Positions 17,889-29,338 are shown, counted from the stretch's first letter. The stretch is 60,015 nt of DNA from Gammaproteobacteria bacterium (GCA_041496745.1 JBGQFF010000002.1:1-60015), one strand, 5' to 3'. Program-made: numbers and translations. The notes: a model not told the origin generated them from the letters alone.

Positions 17889-18290
17889 TTAGGAGGAAAT
17901 GGAAGACGGTTTCACGTATTCGTTGACGGTGTCGATCAGCGCTTCCTTGGTGAACGGCTTGGTCAGGTAGCGGTCGGAGCCGGCGAGCCGGCCGCGCGCG
18001 CGGTCGAACACGCCGTCCTTGCTCGAGAGCATGATCACCGGCGTGGATTTCAGGTTCGGGTTCTGCTTGATCAGCGCGCAGGTCTGGTAGCCGTCGAGCC
18101 TGGGCATCATGATGTCGACGAAGATGACCTTGGGGTGGTGGTCGCTGATCTTCGCCAGCGCGTCGAAGCCGTCCTCGGCCAGGATCACGTCGAACCCGGC
18201 CTGGCGCAGGAACATCTCCGCGCTGCGCCGGATGGTGTTGCTGTCATCGATGACCAGGACCTTGATGGGGCCCGGCGCCGTGTCGCTCAC
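17889..18290 (-). CDS. pilG: single-domain response regulator PilG
   Basis: 133 aa with KVLVIDDSNTIRRSAEMFLRQAGFDVILAEDGFDALAKISDHHPKVIFVDIMMPRLDGYQTCALIKQNPNLKSTPVIMLSSKDGVFDRARGRLAGSDRYLTKPF. Near-collinear with Pseudomonas PilG. GTG start preceded by GGGAGAGG. Confidence 0.92.
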   Translation of the reverse strand: MSDTAPGPIKVLVIDDSNTIRRSAEMFLRQAGFDVILAEDGFDALAKISDHHPKVIFVDIMMPRLDGYQTCALIKQNPNLKSTPVIMLSSKDGVFDRARGRLAGSDRYLTKPFTKEALIDTVNEYVKPSSISS

Positions 18291-18438
18291 GAACCTCTCC
18301 CCCTCCCCATCTGCAATAATGCAACTATAAGCCTTTTCTTGTCAGGCCGTTATCGCATCTAATTAAAGTGGAATGATACCTAAGCCGTATATTCCATAAA
18401 AATCCGAGAACCATCGCGCACAAGCGCGCTCTTCCAGG

Positions 18439-18466
18439 CTTGAAGTGGGCCGCTTGCCCCCAATAT
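18439..18466 (+). promoter_or_regulatory. sigma-32 (RpoH) heat-shock promoter-like element upstream of grpE
   Basis: CTTGAA-N13-CCCCAATAT compared with the consensus CTTGAAA-N13/14-CCCCATNT. It lies about 30 nt upstream of the grpE ATG (18497). Confidence 0.6.
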
Positions 18467-18496
18467 ATCGAGCTTTGCCGAGCCACCTTTTGCCCG

Positions 18497-19066
18497 ATGT
18501 CCGATCACAAACCGCAAAGCGAAGTAGTTCCATCCGCAGAGCCCGCGCCTGCAAGGTCGCTCGACGAACTGCTCGCTGAAGCGCAGGCCAAGCTCGACGA
18601 GCAGCGCGACGCCTGGCTGCGCGCGCTGGCTGACGCGGAAAATGCCCGCAAGCGCGCCCAGGCCGACATCACCCTGGCGCGCAAGTACGCGGCCGAGCGG
18701 GTCGTGGAAGACCTGCTGCCGGTGATGGACAGCCTGGAGGCGGCGCTCGGCGCCGCCGGCGCCAGCCCGGATGCGCTGCGCGCGGGCGTCGAACTGACCT
18801 ACAGGCAGCTGCGCCAGGCTTTCGAGCGGGCGGGCGTCAACGAGGTCAATCCGGCCCCCGGCCAGCGTTTCGACCCCCACCGCCACCAGGCGATGGCCGC
18901 CGTCGAGGCCGACCAGGAGCCCAACACGGTGCTGGCGGTGATGCAGAAGGGCTACACCCTGCACGACCGGGTCGTGCGCCCCGCCCTGGTGACGGTCGCC
19001 AAGGCGAGGGCAGTTGAAAACGGCCCGGGAAACCCCATCTCAGACAGTAACTTGGCATCGAACTGA
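18497..19066 (+). CDS. grpE: nucleotide exchange factor GrpE
   Basis: Internal ATG of track ORF 18440..19066. The product reads MSDHKPQSE...[26 protein letters not shown]...[16 protein letters not shown]...PHRHQAM...[14 protein letters not shown]. Confidence 0.9.
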   Translation: MSDHKPQSEVVPSAEPAPARSLDELLAEAQAKLDEQRDAWLRALADAENARKRAQADITLARKYAAERVVEDLLPVMDSLEAALGAAGASPDALRAGVELTYRQLRQAFERAGVNEVNPAPGQRFDPHRHQAMAAVEADQEPNTVLAVMQKGYTLHDRVVRPALVTVAKARAVENGPGNPISDSNLASN

Positions 19067-19076
19067 AGGAACCACC

Positions 19077-21020
<1,944 letters not shown>

Positions 21021-21050
21021 ACGCGGTGATCGGTAACAATTGACGGCAGC

Positions 21051-21084
21051 CGGGCGGTGCGCGTAAGCGCGCCGCCCGTTTTGC
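21051..21084 (+). terminator. stem-loop with T-run between dnaK and dnaJ (intra-operon attenuator/terminator)
   Basis: CGGGCGGTGCGC-gtaa-GCGCGCCGCCCG forms a 12-bp stem (one G-U pair), followed by TTTTGCTG. Confidence 0.6.
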
Positions 21085-21099
21085 TGTCTGGGAAAGCAC

Positions 21100-22227
21100 A
21101 TGGCGAAGCGCGACTACTACGAAGTGCTGGGCATCAACCGGGACGCCTCCGAGGAGGAGATCAAGAAGTCGTACCGCAAGCTCGCCATGAAATGGCACCC
21201 GGACCGCAATCCGGACAACCCCAAGGCCGAGGAGCACTTCAAGGAGGCGAAACAAGCCTACGAGGTGCTCTCGGATGCCCAGAAGCGCGGCGCCTACGAC
21301 CAGTACGGCCACGCCGGCGTCGACCCCCAGGCCGGCATGGGGTCGGCCGGCGCGGCGGGCGGCATGGGCGGCTTCGGCGACATCTTCAACGACATCTTCG
21401 GCGACATCTTCGGCGGCGCCCGCGGCGGCCGTTCGAACGTGTTCCGCGGCGCCGACCTGCGCTACAACCTGGAGATCACGCTCGAGCAGGCGGCGCACGG
21501 CTTCGAGACGCGCATCCGCATCCCGACCATGGCGCAGTGCGACACCTGCCACGGCAGCGGCGCCAAGGCCGGCAGCCAGCCGCAGACCTGCCCCACCTGC
21601 CGCGGCGCCGGCCAGGTGCGCGTGTCGCAGGGCCCGTTCTCGATCGCGCAGACCTGCCCGCGCTGCCACGGCTCGGGCAAGATCATCCCCAATCCCTGCG
21701 CCAGCTGCGGCGGCAGCGGGCGCATCAAGCAGCAGAAGACCCTGTCGGTGAAGATCCCGGCCGGCGTGGACGAAGGCGACCGCGTGCGCCTGTCCGGCGA
21801 GGGCGAGCCGGGCGCCAATGGCGGTCCGGCGGGCGACCTCTACGTCCAGGTGCACATCAAGCCGCACCCGGTGTTCCAGCGCGACCATGACGACCTGCAC
21901 TGCGAGATGCCGATCTCCATCACCACCGCGGCGCTCGGCGCCGACATCGAGATTCCCACGCTGGACGGCAGCGCCCGCATCAAGGTCCCGACGGAGACGC
22001 AGAGCGGCAAGACCTTCCGCCTGCGCGGCAAGGGCATCAGGGGCGTGCGCAGCCAGACGCCCGGGGACCTGTTCTGCCACGTGGTGGTCGAGACGCCGGT
22101 GAACCTGACGACGCGGCAGAAGGAACTGCTGCACGAATTCGAGGCGATCAGCCAGAAAGACGTGGCGCGCCACAACCCGCGGAGCAAGTCCTGGTACGAC
22201 AAGGTGAAAGAGTTCTTCGAGGGCTGA
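21100..22227 (+). CDS. dnaJ: molecular chaperone DnaJ
   Basis: J domain (DYYEVLGI...[16 protein letters not shown]), G/F-rich region, and four CxxCxGxG zinc-finger repeats ([32 protein letters not shown]). Confidence 0.97.
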   Translation: MAKRDYYEVLGINRDASEEEIKKSYRKLAMKWHPDRNPDNPKAEEHFKEAKQAYEVLSDAQKRGAYDQYGHAGVDPQAGMGSAGAAGGMGGFGDIFNDIFGDIFGGARGGRSNVFRGADLRYNLEITLEQAAHGFETRIRIPTMAQCDTCHGSGAKAGSQPQTCPTCRGAGQVRVSQGPFSIAQTCPRCHGSGKIIPNPCASCGGSGRIKQQKTLSVKIPAGVDEGDRVRLSGEGEPGANGGPAGDLYVQVHIKPHPVFQRDHDDLHCEMPISITTAALGADIEIPTLDGSARIKVPTETQSGKTFRLRGKGIRGVRSQTPGDLFCHVVVETPVNLTTRQKELLHEFEAISQKDVARHNPRSKSWYDKVKEFFEG

Positions 22228-22228
22228 A

Positions 22229-23287
22229 TTGAGGCACGCCGCGGCCGCGTTCCTTCTTCTGGCGGCCTGCACCGCAAGGGCGCAGGGCGTCACCCCGGTG
22301 ACCTTGGCACTGGGCCAGTCGGCGCCGCTCTCGGGGCCGTCGCAGGCCCTCGGCGAGGACATCCGTAATGGTGCCCTCGCCTACTTCCGCACGCTAAACG
22401 AAGCCGGCGGCGTGCATGGCCGGCGCATCGAGCTCGCCACGCTCGACGACGCCGGCGACGCCAAGCGCGCGCTGGCCAACACGCAGCGCCTGGCCGAGCA
22501 GCTGAGCGTGTTCGCGCTGCTTGCCTATCCCGGGCCAAGCGTGTCGCGCGAGTTGCTGTCGTATGTGCAGCAAGCCCGCATTCCGTTCTTCGCGCCAGTG
22601 ACCGGCGCGGAGATCGTGCGCCTGCCGGCGCGAACCGTGGTCACCGTGCGCGCCAGCCACGCCGAGGAACTGGACCAGGCGGTGGAGCACTACGCGCTGC
22701 TGGGCATGAAGCGCTTCGCGCTGGCGACCGGCGACGAGGACGCGGAGTTTCGCGAAGCCTTCGCCCGCGCGCTGGAAAAGCGCGGCCTGGAGCCCGCGGT
22801 GAATCGCGGCGAGGCCGACGTGATCCTGGTCGCCGCGCCGCTGCGCTCCGCCGCCGACCTGGTCCGCGGCCTCAAGCGCTCGCGCACCACCGCCCAGATC
22901 GTGGTGCTGTCCATGGCCGAGGCGACGCCGCTTGCCCGCGAGCTCGGGCCAGAGGGCGCAGGCGTCGCGCTGTCGCTGGTGGTACCGCCGCTCGAGCGCA
23001 TCTCGCTGCCCGTGGTGGCCGAATACCGCGCGGCGATGGCGGCCGAGACCGGGCGCAAGTCCTACTCCGCCGCCTCGCTCGAGGCGTTCATCGCCGCCAA
23101 GGTGTTCGCCGAAGCCGCGCGGCGCGCCGGGCCGGCGCTGACGCGCGAGGCGCTGATGCAGGCCCTCGAATCGATGACGGCCTACGATGCCGGAGGCTAT
23201 TTGCTGCGCTTCGGACGCGGCGACCGCCACGGCGGCGCCCACACCGAGCTGGTCGCCATCGGGCGCGACGGGAATCTACTGCACTAG
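22229..23287 (+). CDS. periplasmic substrate-binding protein, type-1 PBP (Leu/Ile/Val-binding family-like), orphan
   Basis: 352 aa. TTG start 1 nt after the dnaJ stop, with GAGGG 5 nt upstream. Signal/lipobox-like [14 protein letters not shown]. ...[28 protein letters not shown]...[13 protein letters not shown] resembles LivJ-type binding proteins. No permease or ATPase genes are nearby. Confidence 0.6.
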   Translation: MRHAAAAFLLLAACTARAQGVTPVTLALGQSAPLSGPSQALGEDIRNGALAYFRTLNEAGGVHGRRIELATLDDAGDAKRALANTQRLAEQLSVFALLAYPGPSVSRELLSYVQQARIPFFAPVTGAEIVRLPARTVVTVRASHAEELDQAVEHYALLGMKRFALATGDEDAEFREAFARALEKRGLEPAVNRGEADVILVAAPLRSAADLVRGLKRSRTTAQIVVLSMAEATPLARELGPEGAGVALSLVVPPLERISLPVVAEYRAAMAAETGRKSYSAASLEAFIAAKVFAEAARRAGPALTREALMQALESMTAYDAGGYLLRFGRGDRHGGAHTELVAIGRDGNLLH

Positions 23288-24654
23288 GCGCGGCGCCAGG
23301 TGGTGCCCTGCGGCCCGTCTTCGAGGATCACTCCCGCCGACTCGAGTTCCTTGCGGATGCGGTCGGCCTCGGCGTAGTTCTTCGCCTTGCGGGCGGCAAG
23401 GCGCGCTTCAATCAGCTTCTGAACGGATTCCGGTGTTCCCGTTCCCGTGATGGCCATTCCCTGCAAGAACATTTCAGCCCGACGACCCAACAGCCCAAGT
23501 ATCCCTGCAAGGGACCGCAGCAGGCGCGCACTCTTTTCCGAGCGGCTTCTATTGACCTCGTTCGCCAGATCGAACAGTACGGCGACCGCCTCAGGTGTAT
23601 TGAAGTCGTCATCCATTGCTTCCCGGAACTGCTTTGCACGGAAGTCAGCCCAGTCGATTGGTTCTGGTACAACGTCGAATCCCTTGAGCGCTGTGTAAAG
23701 CCGAGTCAGCGCTTGTTTGGCGTCGTCGAGATTCTGCTCCGCGTAGTTCAGCGGGCTGCGGTAGTGCGCCCGCAGGATGAAAAAGCGCACCACCTCGGCA
23801 TCGTAGCGCTGCAGGATGTCGCGGACGAGGAAGAAATTGCCCAGCGACTTGGACATCTTCTCCTCGTCCACCCGCACGAAGCCGTTGTGCATCCAGTAGT
23901 TGACGAACGGCTGGCCGGTGGCGCCCACCGATTGCGCGATCTCGTTTTCGTGGTGCGGGAACTGCAGGTCCTGGCCGCCGCCGTGGATGTCGAAATGCTC
24001 TCCGAGCAGCCGGCAGCTCATCGCCGAGCACTCGATGTGCCAGCCAGGCCGGCCCTCGCCCCACTTGGATGCCCATTTCGGCTCCTCGGGCTTCGCGCGC
24101 TTCCACAGCACGAAGTCGAGCGGATCCTCCTTGCTCTTGTCGACTTCGACCCGCTCCCCCGCGCGCAGCTCGTCCAGCGACTTGCCCGACAGCCGGCCAT
24201 AGCCGGGGAATTTGCGCACCGCGTAATTCACGTCGCCCGAGGCGGACTGGTAGGCGAGGCCCTTCTGCTGCAGCCGGTCGATCATGTCGAGCATCTGCGG
24301 CACATACTGCGTCGCGCGCGGCTCGTGGTCGGGCTTCTGCAAGCCGAGGGCGGCGGCGTCCTCGTGCATCGCGCGGATGAAGCGCTCGCTCAGCGCCTCC
24401 GGCGTCTCGCCGTTCTCCGCCGCGCGCCTGATGATCTTGTCGTCGATGTCGGTGATGTTGCGCACGTAGGTGACGCGGTAGCCGCTGGCGCGCAGCCAGC
24501 GCTGCACCATGTCGAACGCCACCAGCATGCGCGCGTGGCCCAGGTGGCAGTAGTCGTAGACCGTGATGCCGCACACGTACATGCGCGCCTCGCCCGGCCG
24601 GATCGGCACAAAGTCCTGTTTTTCGCGCGCGAGCGAGTTGTAGATCCTGAGCAT
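23284..24654 (-). CDS. cysS: cysteine--tRNA ligase
   Basis: 456 aa beginning [17 protein letters not shown]..., with the HIGH-type CHLGHARM motif and KMSKSLGN. Confidence 0.97.
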   Translation of the reverse strand: MLRIYNSLAREKQDFVPIRPGEARMYVCGITVYDYCHLGHARMLVAFDMVQRWLRASGYRVTYVRNITDIDDKIIRRAAENGETPEALSERFIRAMHEDAAALGLQKPDHEPRATQYVPQMLDMIDRLQQKGLAYQSASGDVNYAVRKFPGYGRLSGKSLDELRAGERVEVDKSKEDPLDFVLWKRAKPEEPKWASKWGEGRPGWHIECSAMSCRLLGEHFDIHGGGQDLQFPHHENEIAQSVGATGQPFVNYWMHNGFVRVDEEKMSKSLGNFFLVRDILQRYDAEVVRFFILRAHYRSPLNYAEQNLDDAKQALTRLYTALKGFDVVPEPIDWADFRAKQFREAMDDDFNTPEAVAVLFDLANEVNRSRSEKSARLLRSLAGILGLLGRRAEMFLQGMAITGTGTPESVQKLIEARLAARKAKNYAEADRIRKELESAGVILEDGPQGTTWRRA

Positions 24655-24752
24655 CTGGGGTTCGGCGGGGCCGGGCCGCCGCTCTGTTGTGAACGCGCGG
24701 GGCTTAGTCTAGAATGAGCAAGTTTCCGTAGATCCTTGAAAACTATAACACA

Positions 24753-25718
24753 ATGCGTGTTTTGCCCATCTCGCGCCTGAGCCTCGTTGCAGTTGCGGTC
24801 GCCATCTTCGTGGCGTCGCCGGTCGCACGCGCGGACGAACTCGCGGAAGCAACCAAGCTGCTCAAGTCGGGACAGCACCAGCAGGCGCTCGAGCGCGTCA
24901 ACAAGCTGCTGTCGGGCAAGCCGAAGGATCCGCAGGCGCGTTTCCTGAAGGGGCTGATCTACACCGAGCAGGGCAACGCCCGCGATGCGATCGACATGTT
25001 CCAGAAGCTCACCGAGGACTATCCGGAGCTGCCCGAGCCCTACAACAACCTCGCGGTGATCTACGCTTCGCAGGGCCAGTACGAAAAGGCACGCTCCGCC
25101 CTGGAGCAGTCGATCCGCACGCATCCCAGCTACGCCACCGCCTACGAGAACCTGGGCGATGTCTACGCCAAGCTCGCCAGCCAGGCTTACGACAAGGCGC
25201 TCAAGCTCGATTCGTCCAACGCCGGCGCGCAGAACAAGCTGGCGCTGGTGCGCGACCTGGTCGGCGGGACGCCGCGCGCCGCGGCACCGGCGGTGGTCGC
25301 CGCCGCGGAATCCAGAGCGCCGGCCGCGAAGCCCGCCGCCTCCGGGACGCCTGCGCCGAAACCAGTCGCCGCAGGTAAGGACGAAGTGGTGGACGTGGTG
25401 AACGCCTGGGCGCAGGCCTGGTCGCGCAAGGACGCGGACGCTTATCTGGGGTTCTACGCCAAGGATTTCCGCACGCCGAAGGGCGAGCCGCGCGCCGACT
25501 GGGAGAAAGGCCGGCGCCAGCGCATTCTCGCGCCGAAAAGCATCTCGGTGACGGTCGACGCGCCGCGCGTCAGCCGCGAAGGCGAGTCGCGCGCCAAGGT
25601 CACGTTCCTCCAGGCCTACAAGTCCGACACCCTCAGCTCGCGCGGCACGAAGACGCTGCTGCTGGTCAAGGCGGATGACGGGCGCTGGCTGATCCAGCAG
25701 GAGCAGGTGGCGAATTGA
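24753..25718 (+). CDS. secreted TPR-repeat protein with C-terminal NTF2/SnoaL-like domain
   Basis: Signal peptide (…AIFVASPVARADE) and TPR-like repeats (ARFLKGLIYTEQGNARDAIDMFQKL...PYNNLAVIYASQGQYEKAR...YENLGDVYAKLA). The C-terminus VVNAWAQAWSRKDADAYLGFYAKDF...DGRWLIQQEQV aligns with the C-terminus of the next gene. Confidence 0.7.
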   Translation: MRVLPISRLSLVAVAVAIFVASPVARADELAEATKLLKSGQHQQALERVNKLLSGKPKDPQARFLKGLIYTEQGNARDAIDMFQKLTEDYPELPEPYNNLAVIYASQGQYEKARSALEQSIRTHPSYATAYENLGDVYAKLASQAYDKALKLDSSNAGAQNKLALVRDLVGGTPRAAAPAVVAAAESRAPAAKPAASGTPAPKPVAAGKDEVVDVVNAWAQAWSRKDADAYLGFYAKDFRTPKGEPRADWEKGRRQRILAPKSISVTVDAPRVSREGESRAKVTFLQAYKSDTLSSRGTKTLLLVKADDGRWLIQQEQVAN

Positions 25719-26883
25719 GGCGCGCCGCCGCACTGCTGCGCGCCGCGGCAGTTGCGCTGCTCCTGTCCGGTGGCGCCCTCGCCGCCTCCCCGGAGTCCGC
25801 GCTGTCCGGCGTGGTCGAGGCGATCGAGACCAACCGGCTGGGACTGGCCCTGCAGCGCGTCGAGCGGCTGATCGCCGAGCACCCCAACTTCCGCCTGGCG
25901 CACCTGATCCGCGGGGACCTGCTGCTCTCGCGCACGCGGCCGCTGCAGACCTTCGGCGACGTGGTGAAGACCGTGCCGCAGGAGAAAGTCGACGACCTGC
26001 GCGCGGAGGCGCTGGTGCGCCTGCGCGCGCTGCGCGACCGCCCGGGTTCCGGGCGCCTGCCGCGCACCATCTTGCAGCTGCACCCGGGCCAGAAGCATGC
26101 GCTGGTGGTCGACTCGCGCCGCTCGCGGCTGTACGTGTTCGAGAATGCGGACGGCCGCCCGCAGTACGTCGCCGACTACTACGTCTCGCTGGGCAAGCGC
26201 GGCGTGGACAAGGCGCGCGCGGGCGACCAAAAAACGCCGATCGGCGTGTACACGTCACGGCCAACCTGCCGCGGCAGAAGCTGACCGACTTCTACGGCGC
26301 CGGCGCCTACCCGATCAATTACCCCAACGAGTGGGACAAGCGCCTGGGCCGCGACGGCTACGGCATCTGGGTGCACGGCACGCCGCCCGACACCTACAGC
26401 CGCCCGCCGCGCGCCAGCGACGGCTGCATCGTGCTCGCCAACCCCGACCTGCTCTCGGTCGGGCGCTTCATGCAGGTCGGCATGACCCCGGTGATCATCG
26501 CCGAGGAGATCGAGTGGGCCGACGCCGACGCTCTGCAGGCCGAGCGCGTCGCGCTCGCCGGCGCGCTGGAGAGCTGGCGCAGCGACTGGGAAAGCCGCGA
26601 CACGGAGCGCTACCTCGCGCACTACGCGGCGGCCTTCCGCTCCGAGGCGCAGGACCTGGCCGCCTGGGCGACGCACAAGCGCGGCGTGAACGCCGCCAAG
26701 AAATGGATTCGCGTGGGCCTCACGCAGGTGGCGATGTTCCGCTATCCCGGCAATGCGGATTTCGTGGTGGTCACCTTCGCGCAGGACTACCGCTCCAGCA
26801 ACCTTTCCAACACCATGCGCAAGCGCCAGTACTGGCAGAAGCAGGACGGGCGCTGGCGCATCCTCTACGAAGGAACGGCGTGA
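25715..26883 (+). pseudogene. L,D-transpeptidase (YkuD-domain) gene interrupted by a 1-nt frameshift near 26251
   Basis: ORF 25715..26284 ends ...[20 protein letters not shown]. The next frame, from 26251, reads [64 protein letters not shown], carrying the YkuD HG...SxGC catalytic motif. The two frames share base C26251, so TAC-CAC appears as TACAC. Confidence 0.75.
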
Positions 26884-27464
26884 ACTTCAGACTCTCGTCC
26901 CTGTGGAAGCCCCTGGTGATGCTCTCGGCCGCTGCCGCCTCTCCCGGCGCGCTGGCCGCGAATCCGCTGGTGGACCTGAAGACCAATGTCGGCACCATCC
27001 GGCTGGAGCTCTACCCGGCCAAGGCGCCTAAGACGGTCGAGAACTTCCTGCAGTACGTGAAGGACGGCCACTACAGCGGCACCGTGTTCCATCGCGTGAT
27101 CCCGGGCTTCATGCTCCAGGGCGGCGGCTTCGACGGCAGCTACAAGCAGAAGCCGACGCGCGCCCCGATCCAAAACGAGGCGAAGAACGGGCTAAAGAAC
27201 GACATCGGCACCATTGCGATGGCGCGCACCAACGCCCCGCACTCGGCGTCGGCCCAGTTCTTCATCAACGTGAAGAACAACGATTTCCTCAATGCCGCGT
27301 CGGCGCAGGACGGCTGGGGCTACGCGGTGTTCGGCAAGGTGGTGTCCGGGCTCGACGTGGTGATGAATATCGCCAAGACCCCGACTGGCCCGGGCGGCCC
27401 GTTCCCGACCGACGTGCCGCGCCAGCCGGTCGTCATCGAGTCGGCGACCCTCGTCGGCAAATAG
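26880..27464 (+). CDS. ppiA: periplasmic peptidyl-prolyl cis-trans isomerase (cyclophilin type)
   Basis: GTG at 26880 overlaps the preceding TGA (GTGA). Has a signal peptide, then ...[47 protein letters not shown]... Confidence 0.9.
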   Translation: MNFRLSSLWKPLVMLSAAAASPGALAANPLVDLKTNVGTIRLELYPAKAPKTVENFLQYVKDGHYSGTVFHRVIPGFMLQGGGFDGSYKQKPTRAPIQNEAKNGLKNDIGTIAMARTNAPHSASAQFFINVKNNDFLNAASAQDGWGYAVFGKVVSGLDVVMNIAKTPTGPGGPFPTDVPRQPVVIESATLVGK

Positions 27465-27474
27465 AGCTGGCGGC

Positions 27475-28209
27475 GTGCCGGCCACGCTGTTCATTTCGGA
27501 CCTGCACCTCTCGGGCGAACGCCCGGCGATCAACCAGCGCTTTTTCGCTTTCCTGCGCGAGCAGGCGCCGCGCGCCGCCGTGCTCTACGTGCTCGGCGAC
27601 CTGTTCGAATACTGGATCGGCGACGAGGAGCTGGACGCGCCCGACGGCGACCCGCTGGCGCGCAAGGTGGCGGAGGCGTTCGGCGCGCTGTCGCGTGGCG
27701 GCGTCGGCGTGCGCCTGATGCACGGCAACCGCGACTTCCTCATCGGCACGCGCTTCTGCGAAGTGAGCGGCGCGCGCCTGTTGCAGGACCCCGCGGTGGA
27801 GAAGATCGGCGGCGCGAGGACGCTGCTGATGCACGGCGACACGCTGTGCACCGACGACGTCGACTACCAGGCCTGGCGCAGGACCGCGCGCTCGCGCGAC
27901 TGGCAGCGCGAATTCCTGGCGCAATCCCTGCCCGAGCGGCGCCAGGCGCTGCAGGCGCTGCGCGAGAAGAGCAAGGAAGTGGTGGGCGCCAAGCCGGCCC
28001 AGATCATGGACGTGAACGACGGCGCGGTACGCGAGGCCCTGCGCGCCCACAGCCTGACCCGCCTGGTGCACGGCCACACCCACCGGCCGGCACGCCATGA
28101 GCTGGAAGTGGACGGGCGGCGCTGCGAGCGCTGGGTGCTGCCCGACTGGTACGAGCGCGGCGGCTACCTCGCGATCGACGACGCCGGGCCGCGCCTGGTT
28201 TCGTTCTGA
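27475..28209 (+). CDS. lpxH: UDP-2,3-diacylglucosamine diphosphatase
   Basis: 244 aa with calcineurin-like metallophosphoesterase motifs: FISDLHL, GDLFEYW, HGNRDF, MHGD, GHTHRP. Confidence 0.92.
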   Translation: MPATLFISDLHLSGERPAINQRFFAFLREQAPRAAVLYVLGDLFEYWIGDEELDAPDGDPLARKVAEAFGALSRGGVGVRLMHGNRDFLIGTRFCEVSGARLLQDPAVEKIGGARTLLMHGDTLCTDDVDYQAWRRTARSRDWQREFLAQSLPERRQALQALREKSKEVVGAKPAQIMDVNDGAVREALRAHSLTRLVHGHTHRPARHELEVDGRRCERWVLPDWYERGGYLAIDDAGPRLVSF

Positions 28210-28248
28210 CCGAATCGGTCATTCAGTCAGGCCGGGTAACATGGGCGC

Positions 28249-29064
28249 ATGACTGAACACAAGCGTGCTGCCACCAAGGCCTACCAGCACCCGGGCTTCC
28301 TCAACAGCAAGGACGCCCGCCCCTTGCGCATCCTGGCGGAGTATCTCGAACCCAAGAGCCGCTTCGACCATTTCAAGGTGGAAGACACCATCGTGTTCAT
28401 GGGCTCGGCGCGCATCCAATCGCGCGAGGCCGCCGAGGAGATGGTACGCAAGGGGCGGGCAGGCGATGGCGGCGCGGAGAAGGCGCAGACCGCGCTCAGG
28501 ATGTCCGCCTATTACGAAGCCGCACGCGAGTTCGCCTTTCGCCTGACGAATTGGTCGAAGGAGCTCAACCGCGAAGAGCGCCGCTTCGTCGTATGCACCG
28601 GCGGCGGCCCCGGGATCATGGAGGCGGCCAACCGCGGCGCGGCCGAGGCGAAGGGGTTGAACGTCGGCCTCACCATCTCGATTCCGGTGGCGGAATTCGA
28701 CAACCCCTACGTCACGCGTGAGCTCGCCTTCCACTTCCACTACTTCTTCATGCGCAAGTTCTGGTTCGCCTACCTGGCGAAGGCGGTCATCGTGTTTCCG
28801 GGCGGCTACGGAACCTTGGACGAACTCTTCGAGCTCTTGACGCTGGTGCAGACGCGCAAAATGCGCAAGCCCATGCCCATCGTGCTCTTCGGCACCGAGT
28901 ACTGGCGCGAGATCGTCGACTTCGACGCGCTCGCGCGCCATGGCATGATCGACCCGCAGGACATTGAGCTCGTGCACCGCACCGACTCCGTCGACGAGGC
29001 CTTTGACTGGATCGTCCTGCAGCTCGCCGAGAAGGCGCTGGGGCAGCCGGGGGCGACTCTGTAG
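28249..29064 (+). CDS. LOG-family (TIGR00730-type) nucleotide phosphoribohydrolase-like protein
   Basis: 271 aa with the GGGPGIMEAANRGA and PGGYGTLDELFE signature motifs. Confidence 0.8.
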   Translation: MTEHKRAATKAYQHPGFLNSKDARPLRILAEYLEPKSRFDHFKVEDTIVFMGSARIQSREAAEEMVRKGRAGDGGAEKAQTALRMSAYYEAAREFAFRLTNWSKELNREERRFVVCTGGGPGIMEAANRGAAEAKGLNVGLTISIPVAEFDNPYVTRELAFHFHYFFMRKFWFAYLAKAVIVFPGGYGTLDELFELLTLVQTRKMRKPMPIVLFGTEYWREIVDFDALARHGMIDPQDIELVHRTDSVDEAFDWIVLQLAEKALGQPGATL

Positions 29065-29338
29065 TCGACTGCTCAATGCTCCCGGGGGGACGGTATCAAG
29101 AATGCTAAGCCGGTGCCGCCGTGGGAGTGGCGGCGCAACGCGAAGTGATTGCGTCTGGCCAGCAATGGCCGATTTCGACCCGTAGCGGTCATTCGCGGAT
29201 CGACATAAACTGCCGCCAGCGTAGGTGGGCTTGTGGCGCCAGTGGCGTGCGACGCGAAGCCAAATTGTCGCGACGCCGCTTTTCAATTGTTCCGCCATTC
29301 CAGTTGGGTCGCCGCAGAGCCAGCGTAAAGGAGGACCT

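Noticed and set aside
29165-29215. Short ATG-initiated pseudo-ORFs interrupted by an early stop in both flanks of the MDR gene. Left: ATGGCCGATTTCGACCCGTAG at 29165. Right: ATGACAACCTTTGGCCGATAA at 30460. They vaguely recall short conserved intergenic ORF-like elements seen in other proteobacteria.
   Set aside because: The two copies are only about half identical at the DNA level, with no convincing palindrome or direct-repeat structure. The resemblance rests on my memory of a motif that I cannot verify without a database search. A BLASTN of 29140-29230 and 30440-30524 against related genomes would settle it.
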